From NCBI GenBank assembly GCA_036514715.1, contig DATBWR010000013.1:6779-70778 (forward strand): a DNA stretch of 64,000 nt, in the 5' to 3' direction. Positions 35,867 through 45,713 of this stretch are shown here, one piece after another. The notes under the pieces were generated by a model. It was not told the origin of the DNA. It ran no database searches and saw nothing but the letters and a program-made list of their open reading frames with translations. The position numbers and the translations under genes are program-made. Source of the DNA: Candidatus Nanoarchaeia archaeon. Lineage in GTDB: Bacteria > Patescibacteriota > Microgenomatia > Woykebacterales > RBG-16-39-9b. Every line of letters begins with the position of its first letter. Positions within the stretch are counted from its first letter, which is position 1.

Positions 35867-36157
35867 CTACAATTCGAGGAGGAAAACAGGAGCGGCGGCG
35901 GCAAGAAAGGCAGCAATTTGGGCTGCTAGGATAATTAAAGCTTGTTTTGGCTTCTGTGGTAAATAGACGACTGCAAAAAAAGCTATAACGAACACTTGGC
36001 CAACCATAAATAACTGCCAGATATGGGCAGCTCCTCCCTCATCTCCAGAGGGGTCTGGACCAAAGACTAAAAGCCAAATCCACGGCAGAGTTAAAGCTCC
36101 CACAGACATAACAATTGGAAGAGAGGCCAAAGGCTTTTTGATTAAAGTAAAATCCAC
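35867..36157 (-). CDS. Small membrane protein
   Basis: 96 aa with 3 TM helices. Confidence 0.4.
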   Translation of the reverse strand: MDFTLIKKPLASLPIVMSVGALTLPWIWLLVFGPDPSGDEGGAAHIWQLFMVGQVFVIAFFAVVYLPQKPKQALIILAAQIAAFLAAAAPVFLLEL

Positions 36158-36248
36158 GAGCTTATTTTACCACTATTGCGGATTCAAATTCTGGCAAAAA
36201 GAAAAGCGACTTGTTACCAAGCCGCTCAGGACATTCAACGACTATAGG

Positions 36249-36277
36249 TTGACATTTAAACCTATTTGTGCTACACT
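36249..36277 (+). promoter_or_regulatory. Promoter TTGACA-N17-TACACT with inverted repeat ATAGGTT/AACCTAT flanking the -35
   Basis: Read directly; followed by RBS AAGGAGGG and the ATG at 36304. Confidence 0.5.
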
Positions 36278-36303
36278 TGCCGCAACCAAAAAGGAGGGAA
36301 ATC

Positions 36304-36681
36304 ATGCCTGTAATCGAGGTACGCCTTGGCGAGGCTTTCGCCAAGAGCATTGGTGTGGCAAACCGCACCAGTCTCAGTTACGAGTGGAGGCAGATCGTCA
36401 GCGAGGCCTTCGAGGCACCCATCGAATCCGTCGCCTGTCAGTGGCACCCTTGGTTCGACTCACAGAACACGGAGGGTATCGAGATCCTCGTCCACTTCTC
36501 CGCAGCCGATCCAGTAACGACCGTTGCACGTATCGACCGGGTTAGAAAAGCTCTTGCAGAATCCATACAGCGGAGCACATTCTTACCACCGGGAACCGAG
36601 GTTGGAATCTGGCCGGATCCAAAGCCTTATACTAGTTACAGCTCATGCCGCGTTGGAGAGCCAAGCCCCATAGGACCTTGA
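36304..36681 (+). CDS. Hypothetical protein, high-GC island gene (MPVIEVRL N-terminus, weakly tautomerase-like)
   Basis: Start at the Met following the strong RBS; the ORF track starts at 36268. Confidence 0.4.
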   Translation: MPVIEVRLGEAFAKSIGVANRTSLSYEWRQIVSEAFEAPIESVACQWHPWFDSQNTEGIEILVHFSAADPVTTVARIDRVRKALAESIQRSTFLPPGTEVGIWPDPKPYTSYSSCRVGEPSPIGP

Positions 36682-36723
36682 AATCTTTCAAGGTCCTTTT
36701 CTTTTTCCAAAACAAATTTAAAA

Positions 36724-37092
36724 TTAGCTTTGCTGGGGTTTTTGCTGGCTAGCTAAAAACGTGGGGATGGCGACTGTTAAAACGTACGGAATGTAGGATT
36801 TCCAATCAGAAAAATAGTCTTTACCGGCAAAGGGAACAGTCAAAACAAGATCAAGAACAAAAAAGATGACTAACCACACAAGGCCGAATTTCAAGCCTTG
36901 CCGCCAATTTTCCGGCTTAGCATAATTGGTGGCGATGTACAAACCAACAATTGAGATGCCAAGGTTAACTATCCAAACCCAAATTGCTTCCGCATCAATT
37001 TTGGCGCCGATAAGCGCCGAAATAAAAAGAAAGATAACTGCGTAAAGGGCTAGGGGTGGAATGAGAAATTTTTTCCAATCTTTAACATTCAT
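36724..37092 (-). CDS. Membrane protein
   Basis: 122 aa with 4 TM helices. Confidence 0.45.
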   Translation of the reverse strand: MNVKDWKKFLIPPLALYAVIFLFISALIGAKIDAEAIWVWIVNLGISIVGLYIATNYAKPENWRQGLKFGLVWLVIFFVLDLVLTVPFAGKDYFSDWKSYIPYVLTVAIPTFLASQQKPQQS

Positions 37093-37165
37093 AAAATAAG
37101 TATAACTTTACAAGCTGAGTGGTTCAAGATGTTTTTCTTCCTCGGAAAGCAGCTTTCTCTTGTTT

Positions 37166-38845
37166 TTATTCTAATTCCGGCTCATCCTCGGCAGGAATTG
37201 TTGCCTCTTCCACCGCTAGTTCTTTACCCGCTTCTTCCAAAACATCTTCCTCATGAGTTTTGCGCAAAGGAACCTCCTTGAGAGCGAACGAAACTAAGAA
37301 AGAAATAGCGATTATTACCGAAGCGATTAAGAAAATCTGATCAACAGAGGAAGCAAAAACTTCTTTAGACTTGTTCACAAAGTCACTGAAAGCAGCCGCA
37401 GCTTGCGTGTGTAAAACTGCCGGCAACTGGTCAATTTGGGCCTCAATTGCGGCTCGTCCGTCACCGCCCAGTAAACCTTGCAGTTTATTAGCGTCAATTT
37501 TGGTTAAATCAAACTCTGGGTTTATCTTAGAAACCATTTGAACAAAGGGATCGGCAGTTAAATTGCCAAACTTGCCAGCTAAAGAGCTGTTCAAGACTCC
37601 CCCTAAAATAGCGGTTCCTACTGTCGCCCCGACACTACGGAAAAGTTGAGTCGAGGCAGTTGCCACCCCAAGTTTTGAGTGGTCAAAGGCGTTTTGGACT
37701 GCCAGGGTAAAAATCGGGAAGGTCACCCCCAAACCCACTCCGGTTAAAATCATCCTAACTACCAGCCCAGATTGAGTAGTATTGACGCTCATTCCGGAGA
37801 GAAGGTAAAGCCCTATGGCAGCTATTCCCAAACCCAAGATGGCTAAAACTTTATAACGGCCGCTTCTGGAAACAACTTGTCCAGAAACAATACTTGCCCC
37901 CACCATTCCCAACATCATGGGCGTCAGAATTGTTCCCGAATTAGTCGCAGTCACTCCTAAAACTAACTGGGCAAACAAAGGTACGTACAAAATCGCTCCG
38001 AACATGCCAATTCCAGTTAAGAAGATAACTATTGAGGAGACCGAAAAAATCGGATTTTTGAAAAGTTCCAAAGGCAGTACTGGCTCTTCTGTCTTCCTTT
38101 CAACCCCCACAAACGTTAAGAAGCTCACTAGAGACATTACCAACAAAGAGATTATCTCCAACGAAATCCATGGGTATTGGCTGCCTCCCCAAACTAAAGC
38201 TAACAACAAACTTACTAGACCAAGGGAAAGTAAAATAGCACCTAAGTAATCAACCACTCGGTTTTTAATATCCGGAACAATCTTTGGCATTAAAAACCAA
38301 ATCACCCCTAAACCGACAATTCCAATGGGAACATTCACGTAAAAAATCCACCGCCAAGAAGCGTTATCAGTGATCCAACCCCCAAGCAAGGGCCCAACAA
38401 CAGAAGCTAAACCAAAGGTCGCGCCAAACAAACCCTGCCACCTCCCCCTCTCGGCTGGCGGAAATAAATCGCCAACAATGGCGAAGGCATTGGCAAAAAT
38501 TGCTCCACCGCCTAAACCCTGAATAGCCCGGAAAATAATTAGCTGAGTCATGTTTTGGGATAAACCACTCAACATCGAACCCACCAGAAAGAGAGCCGTT
38601 GCTCCCAAAACAAAAGGTTTGCGTCCGTAAATATCGGAAAGTTTTCCGTAGATCGGCACAATTACCGTAGAAGCAAGCAAATACGAGGTAAATACCCAAC
38701 TTAGGTGCTCTAAGCCTTTCAACTCACCGACAATTTTTGGCATTGCGGTCGCGACAATTGTCTGGTCTAAAGCCGCCAAAAGTAAGGCGATCATGGCGCC
38801 AAACATTACGATTAATTTTTGGGATTTGGGAATATTACTTAACAT
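37166..38845 (-). CDS. MFS transporter, DHA2 (14-TM drug:H+ antiporter) type
   Basis: 559 aa with 14 hydrophobic helices and MFS motif GRKPFVLGATALFLVGS; acidic C-terminal tail. Confidence 0.8.
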   Translation of the reverse strand: MLSNIPKSQKLIVMFGAMIALLLAALDQTIVATAMPKIVGELKGLEHLSWVFTSYLLASTVIVPIYGKLSDIYGRKPFVLGATALFLVGSMLSGLSQNMTQLIIFRAIQGLGGGAIFANAFAIVGDLFPPAERGRWQGLFGATFGLASVVGPLLGGWITDNASWRWIFYVNVPIGIVGLGVIWFLMPKIVPDIKNRVVDYLGAILLSLGLVSLLLALVWGGSQYPWISLEIISLLVMSLVSFLTFVGVERKTEEPVLPLELFKNPIFSVSSIVIFLTGIGMFGAILYVPLFAQLVLGVTATNSGTILTPMMLGMVGASIVSGQVVSRSGRYKVLAILGLGIAAIGLYLLSGMSVNTTQSGLVVRMILTGVGLGVTFPIFTLAVQNAFDHSKLGVATASTQLFRSVGATVGTAILGGVLNSSLAGKFGNLTADPFVQMVSKINPEFDLTKIDANKLQGLLGGDGRAAIEAQIDQLPAVLHTQAAAAFSDFVNKSKEVFASSVDQIFLIASVIIAISFLVSFALKEVPLRKTHEEDVLEEAGKELAVEEATIPAEDEPELE

Positions 38846-39014
38846 TGAAAATTAAGTTTCCGTAGCTTATTTCACAAATTCTAACGTCTATATTTTGCGG
38901 TTCTTTTCGTAAATAGCAATGAACGCTTCCGGAATAAGAAGCGGCACGAAATTAATTATCTCTTAAAACTCAAGAGTTAAAGAAGAATGGAAAATTTATG
39001 AATAATTCCGAGGG

Positions 39015-39221
39015 TCACTTACTACCCCCGACAAGCACGTACGCTTTCCAGAGAGCAGCGAGTCCTACCACCACATAAACCAAGTTCTCGACCGCTGCCC
39101 AAGCGCCCAGTAGCATGTTAACTACGTTGAGATCGGTGTTGAGGAAATAACCTAAACCCACTAAGCCCCAGTTAAGTCCACCGATAACCAGTAGCCAAGC
39201 GACTAATTTTTTCTGATCCAC
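39015..39221 (-). CDS. DUF378-family small membrane protein
   Basis: GGLNWGLVGLGYFLN motif; 68 aa. Confidence 0.5.
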   Translation of the reverse strand: MDQKKLVAWLLVIGGLNWGLVGLGYFLNTDLNVVNMLLGAWAAVENLVYVVVGLAALWKAYVLVGGSK

Positions 39222-39427
39222 AAAAAAGTCACCTCCTCCCTAAATATCTTACATTTTAACTTTCTCAAGCTTTCTACCGCTTGTCAAGAAAGAACCTAGC
39301 AAGGTCTTAGTAGATTTTACCCTCTTCCTCTCCTTAGGTTGCAACTTAAGCTCGAATCAGGTATAATCCCAAGAACAAAAATACCGCCCAAAACAGGGCT
39401 TAAAAGAAAGAAGGGAGAACTTTAACT

Positions 39428-39892
39428 GTGCCTCGTAGCAGCAGTAAAAGTGCCCGACGCAAAAAGAGACAGAAATGGGAAAAGAAGCACCCAAAAAACA
39501 GTTCCATACTTCCACCTGTCTACGTCGTTGACTCTACCCCAAAGAAGCCAGGGGTGTCTGTTCTCAGCCTGATGGGTAGGTTGGGGTTTTCTCTCACCCT
39601 CTTTCCGAAACCCAATCTGGAAGCGGTAAGGTTAGAGAGCGTGACAGTTCTCGAACTTGAGGAAGAAGACAAGGTCGAGGAAGAAACAGCCCTGACAGCA
39701 GCTGAGGCCATCCCACAGGCAGTAGTCATCGTAAAGGCTGTGGAGGAAGAACCATTACCGACAACTCTTGCAGAAACTCAACAAGCGGTGAAAGAAGCAC
39801 GGTCAAAGTGGCTTGAAACTACTGACCCAGAAGAGACGGATCGTCGTTACTATAGCTGGAAGCGGTTGAGAGAACACGAGAGAACTTTCTAA
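39428..39892 (+). CDS. Hypothetical basic/acidic protein
   Basis: 154-aa ORF with N-terminal KR-rich stretch. Confidence 0.4.
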   Translation: MPRSSSKSARRKKRQKWEKKHPKNSSILPPVYVVDSTPKKPGVSVLSLMGRLGFSLTLFPKPNLEAVRLESVTVLELEEEDKVEEETALTAAEAIPQAVVIVKAVEEEPLPTTLAETQQAVKEARSKWLETTDPEETDRRYYSWKRLREHERTF

Positions 39893-39929
39893 GAGACTTC
39901 AGAAATGAGGTCTCTTTTCTTTTTCGAAA

Positions 39930-40721
39930 TTATTGGAAGGGATCGGCTTTACCTAGCGGGAAGTTTGAAGGGTTGGCGGAAAATTCGATTTTTTTCTCAA
40001 TATTCTCAAGTAAATCCTTGTCGGCTTTTGATAAGCTAGCAACACTTTCGGCACTAGCAGTGTTTAAGCCTTTAGATGAGAGCGGCAAAACATACACCAC
40101 ATTCACAGTTACTTCGCCAGTTGAAGCAACTTGATTAGCAGTCACCTTACTAACCCCGGCAGCCCGATCTAAACTTTCCAATTTAGAAAGAACCGCCTCA
40201 ATAGCGCTGTATGTTCCCCGGTAGGAAATTTGTAAGTAAATTTCACTTGAGGAAGCTTTGGTGGTTGGCTGAGGTGAGGATTTTGAAGAAGTAGACGAAG
40301 AGTCTAAGGACGCGACTCCTGCACCAGCGGCCGGACCAACTGAAGGCGTTGAGGCAGCCGCGATCAGTGGCTTGGCAGCAGAAATGGCTACACTGGTAAC
40401 TTCTACACCGAAGTTAGCGGCAAGACTTTCATTGAGCGTGGCAAAATGCAGGTGGTCCCCTTCCTCAGGGTAAAATAAACTAAGCAACTCTGAAAATCCC
40501 TCAAGATCAGTTCCGCTTGACTGCCTGACCAAATTAATGTTTTTTGTTAAAGAGTCAACTTTACTTTGAGTTGTGACAACTGTTTCCTGAGCTTTGTTCC
40601 AATCTGAAACCTGCGGTAAAATAAAGAGTGTCGCAACTAACAGACTGATTACAATTGTAACTGCTAAGCCTCCAATAATTAGGGCGAGGGGTTTTTTTAA
40701 AATCTCAGTTAATTTTTTCAT
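39930..40721 (-). CDS. PilO-like type IV pilus assembly protein
   Basis: N-terminal TM, coiled coil, Ser/Thr-rich C-terminus; position after the PilN-like gene. Confidence 0.45.
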   Translation of the reverse strand: MKKLTEILKKPLALIIGGLAVTIVISLLVATLFILPQVSDWNKAQETVVTTQSKVDSLTKNINLVRQSSGTDLEGFSELLSLFYPEEGDHLHFATLNESLAANFGVEVTSVAISAAKPLIAAASTPSVGPAAGAGVASLDSSSTSSKSSPQPTTKASSSEIYLQISYRGTYSAIEAVLSKLESLDRAAGVSKVTANQVASTGEVTVNVVYVLPLSSKGLNTASAESVASLSKADKDLLENIEKKIEFSANPSNFPLGKADPFQ

Positions 40722-41263
40722 CTCTTGATCGTCAAACTCAGATTAATTAAGTAATCTTCAGCCTCACTATTTTTGGTAATACTGGCTAATTTCACATCCG
40801 AAAAACTTTTCTCTCTTACCAAGACGTCATACAATTGATAACCGTCGGCGGCTGTTGCCACTGAGGCTTGCAGAGTTGTCTTGCCCAAATTATCAACGTC
40901 CAGCGAAATAAGGGTTACAGAGGTCGGCAGATACTTCTTCAGGGTTGTCAGATAAACGTTAGGAAGGGGGTAACTTTTTTGGAAAGCAACGTATGAGTTT
41001 AGCTTGTTCTTGACAGCGGAAAGTTGCGCTGCTGCTGAGGCAACAGACTGCCACTCTTGGTTTTTGGCTACCAAGGCGGTTTCTAGCTCCTGAACCTCAC
41101 TTTCCGCACCAGCCTTAAGAAGAAAAATACCCACACCAGCACCGATTGTTAGGAAAATGATTAACCCAAACAAAGCTAAAAATGGAGTAGCTTTATTACG
41201 CCGGACCGCCTTCTCCGACTCAGTCAGAAGATCAATGTCTTTAGCTTTTTTTAGATCAACCAT
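40718..41263 (-). CDS. PilN-like type IV pilus assembly protein
   Basis: Single N-terminal TM plus periplasmic domain; overlaps the downstream gene by 4 nt. Confidence 0.45.
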   Translation of the reverse strand: MVDLKKAKDIDLLTESEKAVRRNKATPFLALFGLIIFLTIGAGVGIFLLKAGAESEVQELETALVAKNQEWQSVASAAAQLSAVKNKLNSYVAFQKSYPLPNVYLTTLKKYLPTSVTLISLDVDNLGKTTLQASVATAADGYQLYDVLVREKSFSDVKLASITKNSEAEDYLINLSLTIKR

Positions 41264-41324
41264 AGGGCAGCTTCATACTCAAAACTTAAGTCTATTTTAA
41301 CAGCAAATGATCTTAACAACAACT

Positions 41325-42941
41325 TCATCTCTCCTTCCACGAAAGAATTGTGTAACTTCCGGTGGTCGGAAAATGTGGTGGCGGAACTAGAGTCAAATAA
41401 GGGTCGTAAAGCAAATTTCTGGTTTGATAGCCAGTGCCATCGGTGTAGGCAAAACCGTAGCGAAGATTGGTGCCGATTGAGCCGTAGACAGTAATAATGT
41501 TGCGAGTGTAACTAGTCCCACAAGAGCTTGAGTAATAATTGCGCCCCACCCGACCGTTTTGGGCCAGTAGCGCTGCATCAATCCTCAGTTCCTGGTTATC
41601 AGCACTTCCAGAAAAGGCTCCTTCGCTAGCGTAACCAACGGTAACACTCCTTTGAGCAACCACGCCAATCTTGTCAGTACCATCATAATTGGTATATTCC
41701 AAGTCGTTATTAATAATCACTGATTTTTGTTGCGCAGGAGTAGCACCAATGTGGGCGGCCACAATTGTAACCTGGGAACCATTAATTTGTCCGTCGAGCC
41801 AAAGTCTGGTTGTATCAGAGGTTTTGTCTTCAACAAAGATCACTCCGTTGGAAGGAAAAGGCACGTTGTTAGCCAAAAGAACCTCCCCTGGAGGGCTGAT
41901 TCTGATGCTTTCGCGCGGCGAACTACAGCTTCCTTGACTAAGAACGTTGGTAACACGGTAGATGTCGAAAGTATCGTTGGTCCTTAAAACAATATGATAG
42001 CCTAGACTTCCTGAATTTCCGTAGTAGACACCTTCACCTGGAACTTGTCCTAAATCCCTTAACTCCTGCAGGTCAGTGGTCACTGCGGCAAAGTTTACCG
42101 GCGGCACGGGAAATTGCCGACCAGCTAGAAAAACATCGTTAGGATCAGGCTGGTGGGTATGAACCCCATCTTCGTTACCGCCCCCGTGGTCCGGGTCATC
42201 GTAGGTCGTCATTGCGCTGGTCACCAAAGCATGCGCGGCCCCATCAAACCTAATCCCACCGTTATTGTGAACCGGTCCGAAAGTTTCGGTCCCTTCCCCG
42301 ATTCTCAGGTGGTTGACCGTATCATTGGCGATGATTGAGTAGTTAGCAAAGGAAGGTATGCCCAATTCAGCCACGATCGCACGGTTTTCATTGCCGTCGT
42401 TAATATCGCCCCGCGCTTCAACGGTAACTCGGTTACTGCCGTTATTACCGGCTCCTGCCCCACAGACTCCAAGACTGTCGCCATGGTCCAAATGGGCTTG
42501 AAGAGCCGAAGGAGAAACTTCGATGGTTACGTCTGGATCAGGAGGTGTGTGGCAAAGAGTAACCTTCCCACCTTCACCTACTCCCGGGGGAACAATCCAG
42601 AGAGTGTAGGTACCGATAACTTTACTTGAGCTGTCAGTGTAATTGTGCTCGTAGGGCCCGTAAACCGCTTGGCCACCCACACAAGCAGTACCGTCACAAT
42701 AGTCATCAGGATCGTGGGCAAGATGCCACAAGTAATAATTTATCCCTGCTTCGGCGATATCCAACACCGAAATCTGGCGGCTGTTACTATCTGCTTTCCT
42801 AAGGGAAAGTGAAACCAAACCAAAAATGATGCTGATCAAAACCGAGACAATTACCAAAATAATCACTGCACCGATTAGGATAAACCCAGTTGAGTTTTTC
42901 TCTTTCCAAAAGGAAATTGGCAGGTTTTTAAACATAATCAA
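41325..42941 (-). CDS. Large minor-pilin-like protein (prepilin-like N-terminus without Glu5)
   Basis: N-terminal KNSTGFILIGAVIILVIV hydrophobic helix, then 480-aa Gly/Asn/Thr-rich domain. Confidence 0.45.
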   Translation of the reverse strand: MIMFKNLPISFWKEKNSTGFILIGAVIILVIVSVLISIIFGLVSLSLRKADSNSRQISVLDIAEAGINYYLWHLAHDPDDYCDGTACVGGQAVYGPYEHNYTDSSSKVIGTYTLWIVPPGVGEGGKVTLCHTPPDPDVTIEVSPSALQAHLDHGDSLGVCGAGAGNNGSNRVTVEARGDINDGNENRAIVAELGIPSFANYSIIANDTVNHLRIGEGTETFGPVHNNGGIRFDGAAHALVTSAMTTYDDPDHGGGNEDGVHTHQPDPNDVFLAGRQFPVPPVNFAAVTTDLQELRDLGQVPGEGVYYGNSGSLGYHIVLRTNDTFDIYRVTNVLSQGSCSSPRESIRISPPGEVLLANNVPFPSNGVIFVEDKTSDTTRLWLDGQINGSQVTIVAAHIGATPAQQKSVIINNDLEYTNYDGTDKIGVVAQRSVTVGYASEGAFSGSADNQELRIDAALLAQNGRVGRNYYSSSCGTSYTRNIITVYGSIGTNLRYGFAYTDGTGYQTRNLLYDPYLTLVPPPHFPTTGSYTILSWKER

Positions 42942-43525
42942 AGGTTGGTCTTTTTGAACCTCAATTGTGCCTCTGTTGTGGCGGTAAAATCGGTCTTGAG
43001 GCTAGCATCACCCAAACTTAAAGTCATTCTCACTAAAGTAATATTACCAGTAACAATTGGGGCACTCAACAAATTTCCATCCTGATCGTAATACTCAAAG
43101 ATAGCGCCCGCTCCGTTTTTAACGTCAGTAGCCAGCGTCCTAAAAGTTTCACTGTCTGGATCGTAAGTGTAACTTGGACCAGTACCGGTTGGTGGAATCT
43201 GTCCGCGTATTAGATCTGTGCCGTTTAAGTAAAACCGTACTTGGTAAGGCGCCTCGTCTTCAACGTTTAAATATTCCAAAATGGTAATACCCTGATCAGT
43301 CGCTGCCACTACCCCAGGACCTTGGCGAATTTCTTTGGCCATTCGGTTAATAAGAGCGGTAGCATCAGCTTGGGCGTTGAAGCTACTGAAACCCACCAAA
43401 TGGTATAAAAAGCCAGTACTTATCAACTGAGTGATAAAAATCATAGCGATTGACCCAATTGTGATCGCAACAAGAACTTCGATTATGGTAAACCCTTTGT
43501 TGTGAAAATTTCTTAGCTTGCTCAT
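42938..43525 (-). CDS. Type IV pilin / pseudopilin (prepilin-type cleavage-methylation N-terminus)
   Basis: NKGFTIIEVLVAITIGSIAM class III signal motif. Confidence 0.7.
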   Translation of the reverse strand: MSKLRNFHNKGFTIIEVLVAITIGSIAMIFITQLISTGFLYHLVGFSSFNAQADATALINRMAKEIRQGPGVVAATDQGITILEYLNVEDEAPYQVRFYLNGTDLIRGQIPPTGTGPSYTYDPDSETFRTLATDVKNGAGAIFEYYDQDGNLLSAPIVTGNITLVRMTLSLGDASLKTDFTATTEAQLRFKKTNL

Positions 43526-44949
43526 GGTGCGCTAATAACAAACCCCCCGACTTGAGTAACTACCCGAACGGAAGGGTCGGTAACAATTAAATCCCACGTT
43601 CCTGTCTGAACACCGGTTAGATCAAAAGTCCCAGTTAGTTCAGTGTCTCCACTGGCGCTAGTAACTCCGGTGGCAGCAATATCTGCTTGACCAGAGAGGC
43701 GTAGAACAACAGTTGTACCTGTTGGTAAGTTAGTACCGGTGATTACGAAGTCAACAGTTGAATTATTAACCCCCGAGGCCGGCATCATTGTACTGACAGT
43801 TGGGTGAGAGCTATCGGTGGTTATCACCATACTTACGTTGACCGCTCCTCCTGACGGCACGCTGACTTTCTGGTAAGGCGCTGTGGAAACGATGTAATAA
43901 CCGGAGGGAACGCTGATGCTGTAGCTATCTGTCTCTACGTTGCTAACGTTAACTACCCCTACTCCATCGGTGTCGAGGTTTTGATTGAATTTGTGAGTAT
44001 CCGGCGCGGTGTAAGTGAGTTTGTCTCCAAGCACATTTAAGGTTAAACCAGTAACGGCAGATCCGCTGGTGTCAGTTACGGTAACTTGCATACTCCCCAA
44101 AACATCGATACTCAAAGTTACTGAGGTAATTTGCTGGACAAGAATGTTAAAGTCCGGTTGTACAGGATTTAGGTTGTCTGGTGGGAAGGCTGGGTTTGTC
44201 GAATCAGTTCCGTAACCCCCTAGACTCACCTCAACGTGGTAATCATTATCTGAACTTGGCGGCAAATTTGGTATCTGTACCAAACCGGTGATATCAGTAA
44301 AAGTATTGATATCAACTGGCGGCACTTGATTGGGGTTGGTAACGTGAACTGCTGCGCCAGCGACCGGATCACCCACTGAATTGTCTACCCGCAAAGACAA
44401 AATACCAGTATTACTGGCAGTTTCCGCAGCTTTGGCAGCCATGTTAGTGCTTGTTTGAGCTAGAAATTTGTTGTTGTTGTCACGCACGGTAATAGTTATT
44501 TTTTTATAATCATAAGACCAAAAATCCTGAGGTTTGCCTGGTATAGTACCTTCAGCATTACCGTCAAAAGGGTCGTCTACGTAACTAATTGAGGTATAAA
44601 CTTTGAAAACTGTTCCGTCGATGGTGATATTTTCTTGGTCTGGAAGGTTGCCGGGTGGGTAAATTGCACCGGCGACTGTGGCTACATCATCGTAAGGCAA
44701 GTTGCGAATAAATTCGATTTTTTGGTGGGCTAGGTTTTGAGCCTGGATTTTATCTTTGGCTTGTTGGGAGAATTTCACGAAAAGGTTGATCGTTCCCAAA
44801 ATAGAAATGCCAATAATGGCAAAAATAGCGGTGCCGATAAGAACTTCCGAAAGGGTAAACCCTCGCTCAGAAGCTCGGGACTGCTTCTCAGAAGAAGTAA
44901 ACCCTCGTGAAGATTGGAAGGACTTTTTAAGATAAAAACGGACGGACAT
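43522..44949 (-). CDS. Large type IV pilin-like protein (prepilin-type N-terminus plus ~400-aa beta-rich domains)
   Basis: ERGFTLSEVLIGTAIFAIIG motif; 475 aa. Confidence 0.65.
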   Translation of the reverse strand: MSVRFYLKKSFQSSRGFTSSEKQSRASERGFTLSEVLIGTAIFAIIGISILGTINLFVKFSQQAKDKIQAQNLAHQKIEFIRNLPYDDVATVAGAIYPPGNLPDQENITIDGTVFKVYTSISYVDDPFDGNAEGTIPGKPQDFWSYDYKKITITVRDNNNKFLAQTSTNMAAKAAETASNTGILSLRVDNSVGDPVAGAAVHVTNPNQVPPVDINTFTDITGLVQIPNLPPSSDNDYHVEVSLGGYGTDSTNPAFPPDNLNPVQPDFNILVQQITSVTLSIDVLGSMQVTVTDTSGSAVTGLTLNVLGDKLTYTAPDTHKFNQNLDTDGVGVVNVSNVETDSYSISVPSGYYIVSTAPYQKVSVPSGGAVNVSMVITTDSSHPTVSTMMPASGVNNSTVDFVITGTNLPTGTTVVLRLSGQADIAATGVTSASGDTELTGTFDLTGVQTGTWDLIVTDPSVRVVTQVGGFVISAP

Positions 44950-45041
44950 AGGCAGTTAGTTCTTAAGGTTAATTTTAACAAAAAAGAAGAGCCCTTGCAT
45001 CTTAAGAAGGAAATGCAAGGGCTTGAGGTCAAGGTTTTCTC

Positions 45042-45488
45042 TCACGCAGTTACGGCCTCTCTTTCCTCTCTGTGGATCTCTGACACAACGACAGCCTTGT
45101 TGATAGCGTTAAGCATTGCTATGGCTGCTGCAACGAACGGATCCGAGACAGGAGACTCTCCCCAGTACCTTCTACGACGGTTTAGCGGCAGGCCGGCCAA
45201 AATCCTCACTCTGGTTACACCAGATATACCGCCACGACTACTATTCATTTTTTGGTCGACGAGGTACTTTTCCAGAAGCCAGTCGTCGCTTTCCTCGCGG
45301 CCAACCGCACTTTTAACCGCCCGCCAAATTGCGTCGACTGAGCTATCATGCGAGTGAGCGACTCCCATTAACGAAACAGTTCCGTCCAGAACTACACGAT
45401 CGAGGTGGACGGTTGCCTGGGTCATACCGAAACCGTCATCTGCTCCGACTCCACCGTTGACGTTAATCGCCTTCAGGTTAAGGTACAT
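45042..45488 (-). CDS. Hypothetical protein, high-GC island gene
   Basis: Start at MYLNLKAINVNGG with RBS AAAGGAGGAAAG; GC clearly above flanks. Confidence 0.45.
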   Translation of the reverse strand: MYLNLKAINVNGGVGADDGFGMTQATVHLDRVVLDGTVSLMGVAHSHDSSVDAIWRAVKSAVGREESDDWLLEKYLVDQKMNSSRGGISGVTRVRILAGLPLNRRRRYWGESPVSDPFVAAAIAMLNAINKAVVVSEIHREEREAVTA

Positions 45489-45570
45489 ACTTTCCTCCTT
45501 TTGGTCTCTCTCAACCAATAATTACTCGGCTCGGAGTCACGTTCTCCAACACCAATCTCTTTCAAAGCAC

Positions 45571-45595
45571 AAAAAAACTCCCTTTCGGGGAGTTT
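45571..45595 (-). terminator. Intrinsic terminator downstream of the alpha/beta hydrolase gene
   Basis: AAACUCCC-CGAAA-GGGAGUUU followed by UUUUUUUG on the minus strand. Confidence 0.6.
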
Positions 45596-45713
45596 AGTTG
45601 CTCGAAACTAGAAGAGTTCTTACATTTCTCCCAAACCAAGGTAGCTCGCGCTAACGAGCTCTCTACTGAGAAGGAGTTGAGAAGAACTAACCATTGTCTT
45701 GATTTATAGCAAA

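Noticed and set aside
38985-39014. Fifth copy of the ATATATGAAT palindrome
   Set aside because: Only the left arm (ATTTATGAAT) is present; the right arm is replaced by the end of gene 39015..39221. Counted as degenerate.
44775-45357. ORFs 44775..45032 (-), 44914..45357 (+), 45116..45316 (+)
   Set aside because: Overlap the pilin gene end, its upstream region, or run antisense to the high-GC gene 45042..45488, with no RBS or family support.
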